From NCBI GenBank assembly GCA_963667785.2, contig CAXXMU010000006.1, positions 224,001 to 288,000 on the forward strand: a stretch of 64,000 bases of DNA, written 5' to 3'. The notes beneath the pieces were generated by a model, which did no database searches, was not told the DNA's origin, and worked only from the letters and a program-made list of their open reading frames with translations. Source of the stretch: Alphaproteobacteria bacterium (GTDB lineage: Bacteria > Pseudomonadota > Alphaproteobacteria > UBA828). Both the position numbers and the translations under genes were made by a program. Shown here one piece after another: positions 12,880 to 24,052 of this stretch (the stretch's first letter is position 1; every line of letters begins with the position of its first letter).

Positions 12880-12923
12880 GGCGCGTCAGGCGGTTCCTTC
12901 GCCTCGAGCCAGGCACCCCACCA

Positions 12924-13009
12924 CGTCATGGCCGGGCTCGTCCCGGCCATCCACGTGTCTCCGCCTCGTTTGGCTGATAGAGATGCCCGGAACAAGTCCG
13001 GGCATGACG
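12924..13009. repeat. CGTC-type REP doublet, copy 1
   Basis: CGTCATGGCCGGGCTCGTCCCGGCCATCCACG...GATGCCCGGAACAAGTCCGGGCATGACG inverted pair. Also at 34698 and 51613. Confidence 0.9.
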
Positions 13010-13115
13010 GCGTGTGTGGGTGATCGGGTCGGAACGAGCGCACCCTGCCGATTGACAGGGCGCCCCATCCCCGCTTTTGTCTGTCCCAGGCCCCCCGAGG
13101 CATGGGAGGAGCGAG

Positions 13116-13700
13116 ATGGGCACGATGGCGTTCGAGCACCACCTGCTGCAGGAGTCCGGCACCAGCCCCAACAACGGGACGCTGCCGCTGATCGTCTACC
13201 GCGATGCCGTGGACGTCGGCGGCGACGAGCCGGAAGCCGCCGTCGAGCGCCACTTCGGCGCCAACGGCTGGGGCGACGGCTTTCGCGGCGACACCTTCCC
13301 CTTTCACCACTACCACTCGATCGCACACGAGGTCGTGGGCTGCGCGCGCGGCGCGGCGCGGCTGCAGTTCGGCGGGCCGGACGGGCCAGTGGTCGACGTG
13401 AAGGCCGGCGACGCGGTGCTGATCCCCGCCGGCGTGGTCCATGTCCGCCTCGACGACGAGCCGGGCTATGTCAGCGTCGGCGCCTATCCGCCGGGGCAGC
13501 AGCCGGATCTCTGCGTGCTGTGGGACGAGGATGCGGCGGTCTCCCGCGCGAGGGACGACACCGAGGGCCTGGCGCTGAAGGTCGTGGGCGAGGCCGAGAT
13601 GCCCGCGATCCGGGCCACCATCGCCGCGGTCCCGCTGCCTGAGAGCGACCCGCTGGCGGGCGCGCGCGGCCCGGTGGCGGAACTCTGGTTCGACCGCTGA
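13116..13700 (+). CDS. Cupin domain protein (YjlB-like)
   Basis: PNNGTLPLIVY, FHHYHSIAHE, IPAGVVH, VGAYP, DPLAG. Confidence 0.85.
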   Translation: MGTMAFEHHLLQESGTSPNNGTLPLIVYRDAVDVGGDEPEAAVERHFGANGWGDGFRGDTFPFHHYHSIAHEVVGCARGAARLQFGGPDGPVVDVKAGDAVLIPAGVVHVRLDDEPGYVSVGAYPPGQQPDLCVLWDEDAAVSRARDDTEGLALKVVGEAEMPAIRATIAAVPLPESDPLAGARGPVAELWFDR

Positions 13701-13715
13701 GCCTCGGCGCTCACG

Positions 13716-14060
13716 TCACGCGAACACGCTGAAGTCGAGGGCGAGCTTCTCGCCGAGCCAGAGCGGGTAGTCGCGGTGGTCGGCGAGGTCGTCGCCGGTG
13801 TTGGGGTGGACCAGCACCGGGTGTCCCCGCCTGTTGAGCATCAGCCAGGGCACGATCTCGTCGAAGACGGCAGGCTCGAAGGCCACCTGGAACATGTGCA
13901 TGGGGTGCGGCCCCACGCGCTTGTCGCGCCAGCGCCCGAGCCGCACGGGGAAGCGCGCGATCAGATCGGTCCTGACCGCGGCGGCGCTCCGCCGCGTCGA
14001 CGGCTCGTAGTAGACGTGGGCGTGGTAGCTGGCGATCGCCGCCGGAGGCAGCGAAATCAA
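13716..14060 (-). CDS. DOPA 4,5-dioxygenase family protein
   Basis: [34 protein letters not shown] start inferred from the TTGA overlap with the grxD stop. Confidence 0.85.
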   Translation of the reverse strand: MISLPPAAIASYHAHVYYEPSTRRSAAAVRTDLIARFPVRLGRWRDKRVGPHPMHMFQVAFEPAVFDEIVPWLMLNRRGHPVLVHPNTGDDLADHRDYPLWLGEKLALDFSVFA

Positions 14061-14410
14061 GCGCGTGGCTCGACGCCGATGCCCTTCGTGCTCAGGAACT
14101 CCGAGAGCTCGCCGGTCTCGTACATCTCGCGGACGATGTCGCAGCCGCCCACGAACTCGCCCTTGACGTAGAGCTGCGGGATCGTCGGCCAGTCGCTGAA
14201 GCGCTTGATGCCCTGGCGGACCTCCGGGTCCTCGAGCACGTCGAAGCCCTTGAAGCGCACGCCGAGCAGCGAGAGCATCTGCACGACGGTGGCGGAGAAC
14301 CCGCACTGCGGGAACACCGGCGTCCCCTTCATGAACAGGACGACGTCGTTCTCGTCGATGAGGGCCCGGATTCTGTTGTCGACCGGTCCGCTGGTCGTGG
14401 CCTCCATCAT
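14057..14410 (-). CDS. grxD: Monothiol glutaredoxin Grx4
   Basis: [23 protein letters not shown]. Confidence 0.97.
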   Translation of the reverse strand: MMEATTSGPVDNRIRALIDENDVVLFMKGTPVFPQCGFSATVVQMLSLLGVRFKGFDVLEDPEVRQGIKRFSDWPTIPQLYVKGEFVGGCDIVREMYETGELSEFLSTKGIGVEPRA

Positions 14411-14438
14411 GCGAAATCCCCTTTCGTTTCCGATCCGC

Positions 14439-14678
14439 TCAGGCGTCCGCGGGCACGCCGGTCTGCAGTGCGAGCGCGTGGAGCTGGTCGCCCATCCGCC
14501 CGCGCAGGGCGCGATAGACCATCTGGTGCTGCTCCACCCGCGACTTGCCCGCGAAGGCGGCGGAGATCACCCGCGCCGCATAGTGGTCGCCGTCGCCGCG
14601 CAGGTCGTCGATGTGAATCTGCGCGTCGGGCAATGCCTCGCGAATGAGCTGCTCGATCTCCTGCACGTCCATCGGCAT
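14439..14678 (-). CDS. bolA: BolA family protein
   Basis: [26 protein letters not shown]. Confidence 0.93.
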   Translation of the reverse strand: MPMDVQEIEQLIREALPDAQIHIDDLRGDGDHYAARVISAAFAGKSRVEQHQMVYRALRGRMGDQLHALALQTGVPADA

Positions 14679-14702
14679 CGGCGGTGCTCTCAGGCGGTGC
14701 TT

Positions 14703-16981
<2,279 letters not shown>

Positions 16982-16985
<4 letters not shown>

Positions 16986-17671
16986 GAGAGCGCCTCCGCC
17001 AGCGCATCGAACATGACGCGCCCGTCGGCGCCGCCGAGGGCGGACTCCGCGGCGCGCTCGGGATGCGGCATCAGGCCGAGCACGGTGCGGGCCGGATTGA
17101 GGATGCCGGCGATGTGGGCGGCGGAGCCGTTGGGATTGGCGCCGTCGCCGGTCTGGCCCCCGTCGTCGACATAGCGGAAGGCGACCAGCCCCTCGCCTTC
17201 GAGCCGGGCCAGCGTGTCCTCGTCCGCGCAGTAGTTGCCGTCGTGATGGGCGATCGGCATGCGCACCACCTGGCCGGCACTATAGCCGCCGGTGAACACG
17301 CTCTCGCTCGTCTCCACCATGAGGCTCACCCAGCGGCAGACGAAGCGCAGGCCTGCGTTCCGCATCAGCGCGCCGGGCAGCAGCCCCGCCTCGGTCGCGA
17401 CCTGGAAGCCGTTGCAGATCGCCAGCAGGGGCACGCCGGCGCCGGCGCGCCGCACCACGTCTGCCATCGCCGGTGAGCGCGCCGCCATGGCGCCCGCGCG
17501 CAGGTAGTCGCCGTGGGCGAAGCCGCCGGGGAGCACGATCAGGTCGCAGGCGGGCAGCGTCGCCTCGTCGTGCCAGACCATCGCCGGCGCCCTGCCGCAG
17601 CTCGCCTCCAGCGCCACCATGACATCGCGGTCGCAGTTGGAGCCGGGAAAGACCACGACAGCCGCCTTCAT
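16982..17671 (-). CDS. purQ: FGAM synthase subunit PurQ
   Basis: [28 protein letters not shown]. Confidence 0.97.
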
Positions 17672-17730
17672 GGCGCCCCCGCAGTCTGGTGTCGCTCGTT
17701 CTCCCTGCCGTGCAGGACCGGAGCACGCTT

Positions 17731-17838
17731 CCCACCTCCCCCTGTCCCCCTCCCCCAAGGGCGGAGGGGGAACGCAGACGGTACCGGCGGGCTCTCCCTC
17801 TCCGCCCCCGGGGGCGGAGAGGGCCGGGGTGAGGTGGG
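17731..17838. repeat. CCCTCTCC-type REP-like inverted doublet between purS and purQ
   Basis: CCCACCTCCCCCTGTCCCCCTCCCCCAAGGGCGGAGGGGG faces an inverted copy containing a perfect 28-bp palindrome at 17796-17823. Confidence 0.8.
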
Positions 17839-17867
17839 GGTGGAGATATGGACTGGGGCGCGCCCGG

Positions 17868-18110
17868 TCATTCCGCCAGGTCGATGGTGTAGTCCTCGAT
17901 CACGGTGTTGGCGAGCAGGCGCGCGCACATGGCGTCGAGCTGGGCGCGCGCCGCCTGCGGATCGGTCTCGGCGAGGTCGAGTTCGAGATACTTGCCCTGG
18001 CGCACGTCCTCGACGCCGGCGAATCCCATGCGCGCGAGCGTGCTCGCGATCGCCTTTCCTTGGGGGTCGAGAACGCCGGGCTTGAGGGTGATGTGGACTC
18101 GGGCTCGCAC
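17868..18110 (-). CDS. purS: FGAM synthase subunit PurS
   Basis: [25 protein letters not shown]. Confidence 0.97.
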   Translation of the reverse strand: MRARVHITLKPGVLDPQGKAIASTLARMGFAGVEDVRQGKYLELDLAETDPQAARAQLDAMCARLLANTVIEDYTIDLAE

Positions 18111-18116
18111 GCGGTC

Positions 18117-18890
18117 TCACGCGCGCTGGTCGTCGTCGCGATCGCCGTTCAAGTCGTGGACCACCGCCTCGGGCATGAGGCCGAGCCTGCGCGCCACCTC
18201 CTGATAGGCCTCGGAGACCCGGCCGAGATCGCGGCGGAAGCGGTCCTTGTCCAGCTTCTCGTCGGTCTCCAGGTCCCACAGCCGGCAGCTATCGGGGGTG
18301 ATCTCGTCGGCCAGCACGATGCGCATGTCCTCGCCGTGCCAGAGCCGGCCGAACTCGAGCTTGAAGTCCACCAGCCGGATGCCGATGCCGTGGAACAGCC
18401 CGCTGAGGAAGTCGTTGATGCGCAGCGACATCGACAGGATGTCGTCGAGCTCCTGCGGCGTCGCCCAGCCGAAGGCGGTGATGTGCTCCTCGGAGACCAG
18501 CGGGTCGTCGAGCTCGTCGTTCTTGTAGCAGTACTCGACGATCGAGCGCGGAAGCTGGGCGCCCTCCTTGAGGCCGAGCCGCTTGACCAGCGTGCCCGCG
18601 GCGTAGTTGCGGATGATCACCTCGACCGGGATGATCTCCACCTCGCGGATCAGCTGCTCGCGCATGTTCAGCCGGCGCATGAAGTGGGTGGGCACGCCGA
18701 TCTCGTTGAGGCGCGCCATCAGGTGCTCGGAGATGCGGTTGTTGAGCACACCCTTGCCGGTGATGACGCCCTGCTTCTTGTTGTTGAAGGCGGAGGCGTC
18801 GTCTTTGAAGTACTGCACCAGGGTGCCGGGCTCGGGACCTTCGTAGAGAACCTTGGCCTTGCCTTCGTAGATCCGCCTGCGACGGGACAT
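18117..18890 (-). CDS. purC: SAICAR synthase
   Basis: [35 protein letters not shown]. Confidence 0.98.
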   Translation of the reverse strand: MSRRRRIYEGKAKVLYEGPEPGTLVQYFKDDASAFNNKKQGVITGKGVLNNRISEHLMARLNEIGVPTHFMRRLNMREQLIREVEIIPVEVIIRNYAAGTLVKRLGLKEGAQLPRSIVEYCYKNDELDDPLVSEEHITAFGWATPQELDDILSMSLRINDFLSGLFHGIGIRLVDFKLEFGRLWHGEDMRIVLADEITPDSCRLWDLETDEKLDKDRFRRDLGRVSEAYQEVARRLGLMPEAVVHDLNGDRDDDQRA

Positions 18891-19056
18891 GATCGGGATC
18901 CTATGAGCGGGGGCGGGGCGCCGGGACGGCGCGGGTCGCGCTCCCGATACCCCGTCAACATAGTCAGATCAAGGCGCCAGCACAATCGCCCGTCGACGCC
19001 CGCCTGCCGGTCGCGGAGCCCAGCGCACCGGCCCCGCCCGGCGCCGTCAGCCCCTC

Positions 19057-19806
19057 CTAGAAACCAATGTTTTCAAAGGTATGCCGGGCCGGCGGGCCGG
19101 CAGCGAAGAGCCAGACCGGGCGGGTCGCGGGCGGGCCGGGGCGGGGCAGCGCGATGAGCGAGGCGTTGACCGTGCCGAATCCGCCGACAGGTTCGATGCA
19201 CATGGCGGCGTCCGCATCGCCGCCCGAGTCGCCGGCTCCGCGCGCGAGCAGCGCCGCCCACGAGCCCCAGTCGCCGTCCGCGGGCTCGGGCGGCGGCGCC
19301 GCCTCGAAGGCCGCGAGGTGGGTGCGGATGCGGGTCGAGGCTCGGTCGTTGCGCTCGCGCGCCGTGAACATGGAGAGTCCTGCCGGCAGTGGGTGGGACG
19401 CCGGCGCGCCGGCGCCGTCGTGGCGGAGCCAGAAGGCCTCGTCCGAATCCGCCACCACGAGGTTGAACGGGCGATAGGCCTCGCCGTCGATCCCGGCCAG
19501 CGCCGAGGCCGCGGCCGCGGCGTCGGCATGGTCCAGCGCATCGAGCACCAGCTCGCCCCGCGAGCGCTTGTCCGCCGCGGGCCCGAGCGCGCCGGTGCGG
19601 TTCAGGATGCCGGCGACCACGCCGTCGTCGTTGACGCCGAGCCAGCTTCCGCCGGCGAGCTCGTCCTGCCCTGCGGTCACCCCTGCCCGGTCGGGCCAGT
19701 GGCGCCCCGGCCCCCGCCACGGGCGGTCGATCATCTCGTCCCGATTGGCGGCGACGAGCACCGGCCAGTCGTGACCGGGCCGGCGCAGGATGACGAGCGT
19801 GCACAT
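19057..19806 (-). CDS. NRDE / TANGO2 family protein
   Basis: Begins MC, has AANRDE, GGSWLGVN, SRGELV, FNLVVAD and FGT. Confidence 0.9.
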   Translation of the reverse strand: MCTLVILRRPGHDWPVLVAANRDEMIDRPWRGPGRHWPDRAGVTAGQDELAGGSWLGVNDDGVVAGILNRTGALGPAADKRSRGELVLDALDHADAAAAASALAGIDGEAYRPFNLVVADSDEAFWLRHDGAGAPASHPLPAGLSMFTARERNDRASTRIRTHLAAFEAAPPPEPADGDWGSWAALLARGAGDSGGDADAAMCIEPVGGFGTVNASLIALPRPGPPATRPVWLFAAGPPARHTFENIGF

Positions 19807-19910
19807 CAGCCGCCGCCTGAACCGCGTGCCGCGCCCCGGCGGGCGTGGACCGGGGCCGGCCCCTCTGGCACAATGCGCGCGCGTCCAATCATTGGCTGGG
19901 AGCCCGGGGT

Positions 19911-20231
19911 ATGAACACGTTCGATGACCGCAAGAAGGCCGCCGAGGCGAAGTTCAAGCACGATCAGGAGTTTCAGTTCAAGGTCATCGCCCGGCGCAAC
20001 AAGCTTCTCGGCCTGTGGGCGGCGGAGAAGATGGGAATCGCGGGCGACGATGCCGAGGCCTATGCCAAGCAGGTGGTCATGGCCGATTTCGAGGAGCCGG
20101 GGGACGACGACGTGGTGCGCAAGGTGCGCGGCGACCTGAACCAGAAGGGCATCGAGGCCGACGATCACCTGATCCGCACCCAGATGGAGCGCCTGCTCGA
20201 CGAGGCCAAGGGCCAGGTTTCCGCCGAGTAG
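19911..20231 (+). CDS. DUF1476 / F1Fo-ATPase inhibitor zeta subunit
   Basis: MNTFDDRKKAAEAKFKHDQE, ARRNKLLGLWAAEKMG, DFEEPGD. Confidence 0.9.
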   Translation: MNTFDDRKKAAEAKFKHDQEFQFKVIARRNKLLGLWAAEKMGIAGDDAEAYAKQVVMADFEEPGDDDVVRKVRGDLNQKGIEADDHLIRTQMERLLDEAKGQVSAE

Positions 20232-20274
20232 CGCGCGACGCCCCCTCCTCCATCCACCCGGTTCGAGAAAGTCG

Positions 20275-20799
20275 GTGAGCGGCTCCCCTGCCGGCTGGGG
20301 TGTCCACGCCCACCGCGCCCTGCATGCCGCCGGCGTCCGCCAGATCGGCTACGTGCCGGACGGTGGGCTTTCCGGGCTGCTCGGGCTCTGCGCCGCCGAC
20401 GAGAGCATGCGCACGGTGCTGCTCGCCCATGAGCAGGAGGGCCCGGCGCTGGCCGCCGGCGCCTGGCTCGGCGGCGAGCGGGCGGCGCTGCTGATGCAAT
20501 CGAGCGGGGCCGGAAACTGCGTCGCCGCGCTCTCGCTCATCCGCACCTGCCGCTTCCCCTTCCTCGCCATCGTCACCATGCGGGGCGAGTGGGGCGAGAC
20601 GAACCCGTGGCAGTTGCCCATGGGCCAGGGCACGGCACCCCACCTCGACGAATGCGGCGTGATCGTCTCCCGCGTGGACGATGAGGCGCAGGCGTTCGAG
20701 ACCATCGCCGCCGCCGCCGCGCTCGCCTTCGAGAGCGGAGCCGCGGCGGCGGTCCTGATCGGCCAGCGCGTGATCGGCGCGAAGAGCTTCGACGGATGA
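20275..20799 (+). CDS. ThDP-dependent sulfopyruvate/phosphonopyruvate decarboxylase-like, alpha (PYR) subunit
   Basis: YVPDGG, EQEG..LAAGAWLGG, MQSSGAGN, RGEWGETNPWQ. Confidence 0.8.
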   Translation: MSGSPAGWGVHAHRALHAAGVRQIGYVPDGGLSGLLGLCAADESMRTVLLAHEQEGPALAAGAWLGGERAALLMQSSGAGNCVAALSLIRTCRFPFLAIVTMRGEWGETNPWQLPMGQGTAPHLDECGVIVSRVDDEAQAFETIAAAAALAFESGAAAAVLIGQRVIGAKSFDG

Positions 20800-21401
20800 G
20801 CGCGCGGGAACGGCCTGAGACGAGCCTCGACCGCCGCGCCGCGACCGCGCTGCTGCTCGAGGGCCGCGACGACCTGCTGGTGGTCCCCGGCCTCGGCTCG
20901 GCCACCTGGGACTGCGCCGCCCTCGGCGACAACCCGCTCCATTTCTCGCTCTGGGGCGCGATGGGCAACGCCGCCATGATCGGCCTCGGGCTCGCGCTGG
21001 CGCAGCCCGCGCGCCGCGTGCTGGTGCTGACCGGCGACGGCGACATGCTGATGGGACTCGCCAGCCTCGCCACCATCGCGACCCAGGCACCGGCCAACCT
21101 GGCGCTGGTGGTGCTCGACAACGAGCGCCACGGCGAGACCGGCATGCAGCTCACGCATACCGCATACCGCACCGATCTCGCCGCCGCGGCCCGGGCCTGC
21201 GGCTTCGCGGACGCGCGTCAGGTGGCGGACGAGGCGGGCCTGCGCGCCTCTCTGACGCTGGTGCACGAGGCGCCGGGCCCGGTGTTCCTGACGGTCAAGG
21301 TGAAGGCGGAACCGCTCCCCCGCGTGCTGCCGCCCCGCGACGGCGCCTTCCTCAAGGATCGATTCCGCACCGCGCTCCTGGGCGAGAACGCGGCCCGCTG
21401 A
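20796..21401 (+). CDS. ThDP-dependent decarboxylase-like, beta (PP) subunit
   Basis: WGAMG, TGDGDMLM..N ThDP motif, DNERHGETG; ATGA overlap with the alpha subunit. Confidence 0.82.
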   Translation: MSARERPETSLDRRAATALLLEGRDDLLVVPGLGSATWDCAALGDNPLHFSLWGAMGNAAMIGLGLALAQPARRVLVLTGDGDMLMGLASLATIATQAPANLALVVLDNERHGETGMQLTHTAYRTDLAAAARACGFADARQVADEAGLRASLTLVHEAPGPVFLTVKVKAEPLPRVLPPRDGAFLKDRFRTALLGENAAR

Positions 21402-21702
21402 TCTCTCCGGCCTGCCGGCCGATGCGGCGGATATCCGCCGTCGCCTGCGTCCTCTCCCGCGCCCGCCCGATCTATTGACTCGCTTTTCCGTCCCGCCCAT
21501 CGTTTTTGTTATGCCTCTCCCGAGTCGCGACGACGTCGGGACGCTTGAGGAGGTCTGGCCCCACAGCGGCATGGGGTAGCGGGATGATCGTCGAGCACCC
21601 GGCGCCGAGCGCCTCCCCCCGCTTCGCCCGAACCGCCCGCGACCGCCTCCCGGCGGCGCTCCCGATCGGGTGCCGCCCCGCTCTGCCAAGGAACGCAATG
21701 CC

Positions 21703-23211
21703 ATGAGACACCCAATCGGTTACCTCCGCACATTCGCAGCGCTGGCGCTGGCCGGCGGCCTGGCGGGCGGACTTTCCGCCTGCGGCGGCTCCGGCGGCGG
21801 AGTGGCGATCACGACCGTGAGCCTGTCCGCGCTTACGTCCGGCTACGCGGTCGCGAGCGGCACCGTTGAAGTCCCCGCCGGAGAGACGCGCGTTCACGGC
21901 GATATCGCCTTCACCTGCCCGTCGGGCGGCGGCGCCTGCACGGTCGAGATCACCGTAGGTACCGACGGGACGGCGACTGCCACGTCGCGAGGCGGCATGG
22001 CGACCGCGATGGACTCCGCCGACTACACGGCGCGCATCCAGTTGCGCGCCGAGAAGCTCGATGACGCGATCATCGCGGATCCCGCGACGGCGTTTCCGGC
22101 CCTGCTCGAGACGGACGGCTCCGGGGCGCCGACCGACGACTCCATGCTCGTGTCGGTGGCCAACGCGGCCAGGGCCGCGATCGCCGGCTGGGACGACGCC
22201 GTCTACCAGCGGTTGAACGAGGAGAGCCTGATCGCAGGCACGCCGGAATCGATCGACAGCGTCGTCCTCTACAGCAATAAGGAGGAGCCGACCCCGACGC
22301 CGTTCGCCGCCGTCCATCCGCTCGACAACGACGCGGACGGCGATTCCACGAACGATTCCGTGGCGCTCGTGACGACCAACGTGGGACTGGTGGGCAACGT
22401 GCCGGGGTTCCCGTCGGCGGTCAATCAGACGGCGGTGCCGTTCGCCGACGATTCGACGCACGCGGGCACGTTCGCCGGGGCGCCGGGCACCTACACCTGT
22501 GTGATGAACTGCACCCTCTCGACCGATGAGAACGGCGACCTGGATGCGGTGGCCGGCACCTGGTACTTCACACCCACCGACGAGGAATACCTGATCCCCG
22601 TGCCGGATGCCGACTACATCCACTTCGGCTACTGGATGAACGAGGCCGATGTCAGCGGCCAGCCCGCCTTCATGGTGGCCCCCGTCGCCGGCGGCACGGA
22701 GGCATCCGCGATCGCCACCGTTCGGAGCCTCGAGGGCAGCGCGACCTACGACGGGGCGGCGACGGGTCTCTTCGTGAGGCGGGTGCTCACGCCGGAGGGT
22801 GACGTCGGGAGCCGGTCCACCGGCCAGTTCAGCGCCGACGCGACGCTCACCGCCTCCTTCGGCGGCGGCGCCGTGCCCGCCAACGACCACTACTCGATCC
22901 AGGGCACGATCGGGCGTTTCGTGGATGGCGGCGGCGCTACGATCGATGCGAGCTGGAGCGTCGAGCTGCAAAGGTCGGCGTTCGGCACGGCGGGGGACGT
23001 CGACGGCAACGTCTTCAGCGGCAGGACCGAGGGCGACGCCGGCCTGATGGGCGACTGGAACGGGCGATTCTTCGGGCCAGTCATGCTCGACGCCGACACC
23101 GTGACGCAGGGCAACCAGTCCACGCTGCCCTCCGCCGTGGCGGGAACCTTCGACGCCCACTTCACGAACGGCGCCGTCATCGGCGCCTTCGGCGCGGAGA
23201 ACGCCGACTGA
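21703..23211 (+). CDS. Surface lipoprotein with TbpB/HupA-like C-terminal beta-barrel
   Basis: Lipobox LSA-C followed by GGSGGG; YIHFGYW, GSATYDGAATG, WNGRFFG, AVAGTFDAHF..VIGAFGA. Confidence 0.75.
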   Translation: MRHPIGYLRTFAALALAGGLAGGLSACGGSGGGVAITTVSLSALTSGYAVASGTVEVPAGETRVHGDIAFTCPSGGGACTVEITVGTDGTATATSRGGMATAMDSADYTARIQLRAEKLDDAIIADPATAFPALLETDGSGAPTDDSMLVSVANAARAAIAGWDDAVYQRLNEESLIAGTPESIDSVVLYSNKEEPTPTPFAAVHPLDNDADGDSTNDSVALVTTNVGLVGNVPGFPSAVNQTAVPFADDSTHAGTFAGAPGTYTCVMNCTLSTDENGDLDAVAGTWYFTPTDEEYLIPVPDADYIHFGYWMNEADVSGQPAFMVAPVAGGTEASAIATVRSLEGSATYDGAATGLFVRRVLTPEGDVGSRSTGQFSADATLTASFGGGAVPANDHYSIQGTIGRFVDGGGATIDASWSVELQRSAFGTAGDVDGNVFSGRTEGDAGLMGDWNGRFFGPVMLDADTVTQGNQSTLPSAVAGTFDAHFTNGAVIGAFGAENAD

Positions 23212-23242
23212 CGCAGGCCTCCCGCGCCGGCGGGCGTTCCCC

Positions 23243-24001
23243 TCAGTAGCGGCCGACGGTGACGCCGCCGTCGACGATGATGGTCTGGCCGCTCACGTAG
23301 CGCGCGCCGTCGGAGCAGAGGAACAGGATCACGTCGGCGATCTCGTCCGCCTCGCCGTAGCGGCCGAGGGGGACGTACTCGGCGGCGGCCTCCAGCCCGG
23401 CGAGGCCGAGCGAGTGCACGGTGCTGAGTGCCTGCGCGGTCTTGATGAAGCCGGGTGCGATGCCGTTGACGCGGATGCCGTCGCCGCCGAGGTCGCAGGC
23501 GAGCCCCCGCACCAGCCCCACCACGCCGGCCTTGGCCGCGTTGTACTGCACGTGGTCGTGCCAGCCCCAGGTCGTGCCCATGACCGAGGAGACCGCGACC
23601 ATGGCGCCGCGCTTCGCCTCGCGCATGGCCGGCGCGGCGGCGCGCAGCAGGCGGAACACGCCCGAGAGGTCCACGTCCAGCGTGTGGTCCCACTTCTCGT
23701 CGCTCATCTCCGAGAGCGGTACCTTGTGGGCGATGCCGGCGTTGGCGATCACGGCGTCGAGCGCCCCGGTGGCGGACTCGGCGTCCGCGACCGCGGCATC
23801 GACATTGGCGCTGTCGGTCACGTCGACGTGGCTGAACGCGGCGCTGCCGCCGGCCGCCTCGATCGCGGCGACGGTCTCCCTGCCCTCGTCGTCGAGCACG
23901 TCGGTGACGTAGACGTGGTAGCCGGCCCGGCCGAAGGCCAGTGCGGTGGCCTCGCCGATACCGATTCCGGCGCCGGTGATCATGACGGTGGGCTTGCTCA
24001 T
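23243..24001 (-). CDS. SDR family oxidoreductase
   Basis: TGAGIGIG, NAG, YNAAK, NGIAPG, VDGG. Confidence 0.93.
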   Translation of the reverse strand: MSKPTVMITGAGIGIGEATALAFGRAGYHVYVTDVLDDEGRETVAAIEAAGGSAAFSHVDVTDSANVDAAVADAESATGALDAVIANAGIAHKVPLSEMSDEKWDHTLDVDLSGVFRLLRAAAPAMREAKRGAMVAVSSVMGTTWGWHDHVQYNAAKAGVVGLVRGLACDLGGDGIRVNGIAPGFIKTAQALSTVHSLGLAGLEAAAEYVPLGRYGEADEIADVILFLCSDGARYVSGQTIIVDGGVTVGRY

Positions 24002-24052
24002 GAATGACTCCTCTTGCCGGCGGGCCGACAGCCGGCTCCGCCTGTTGATTCC

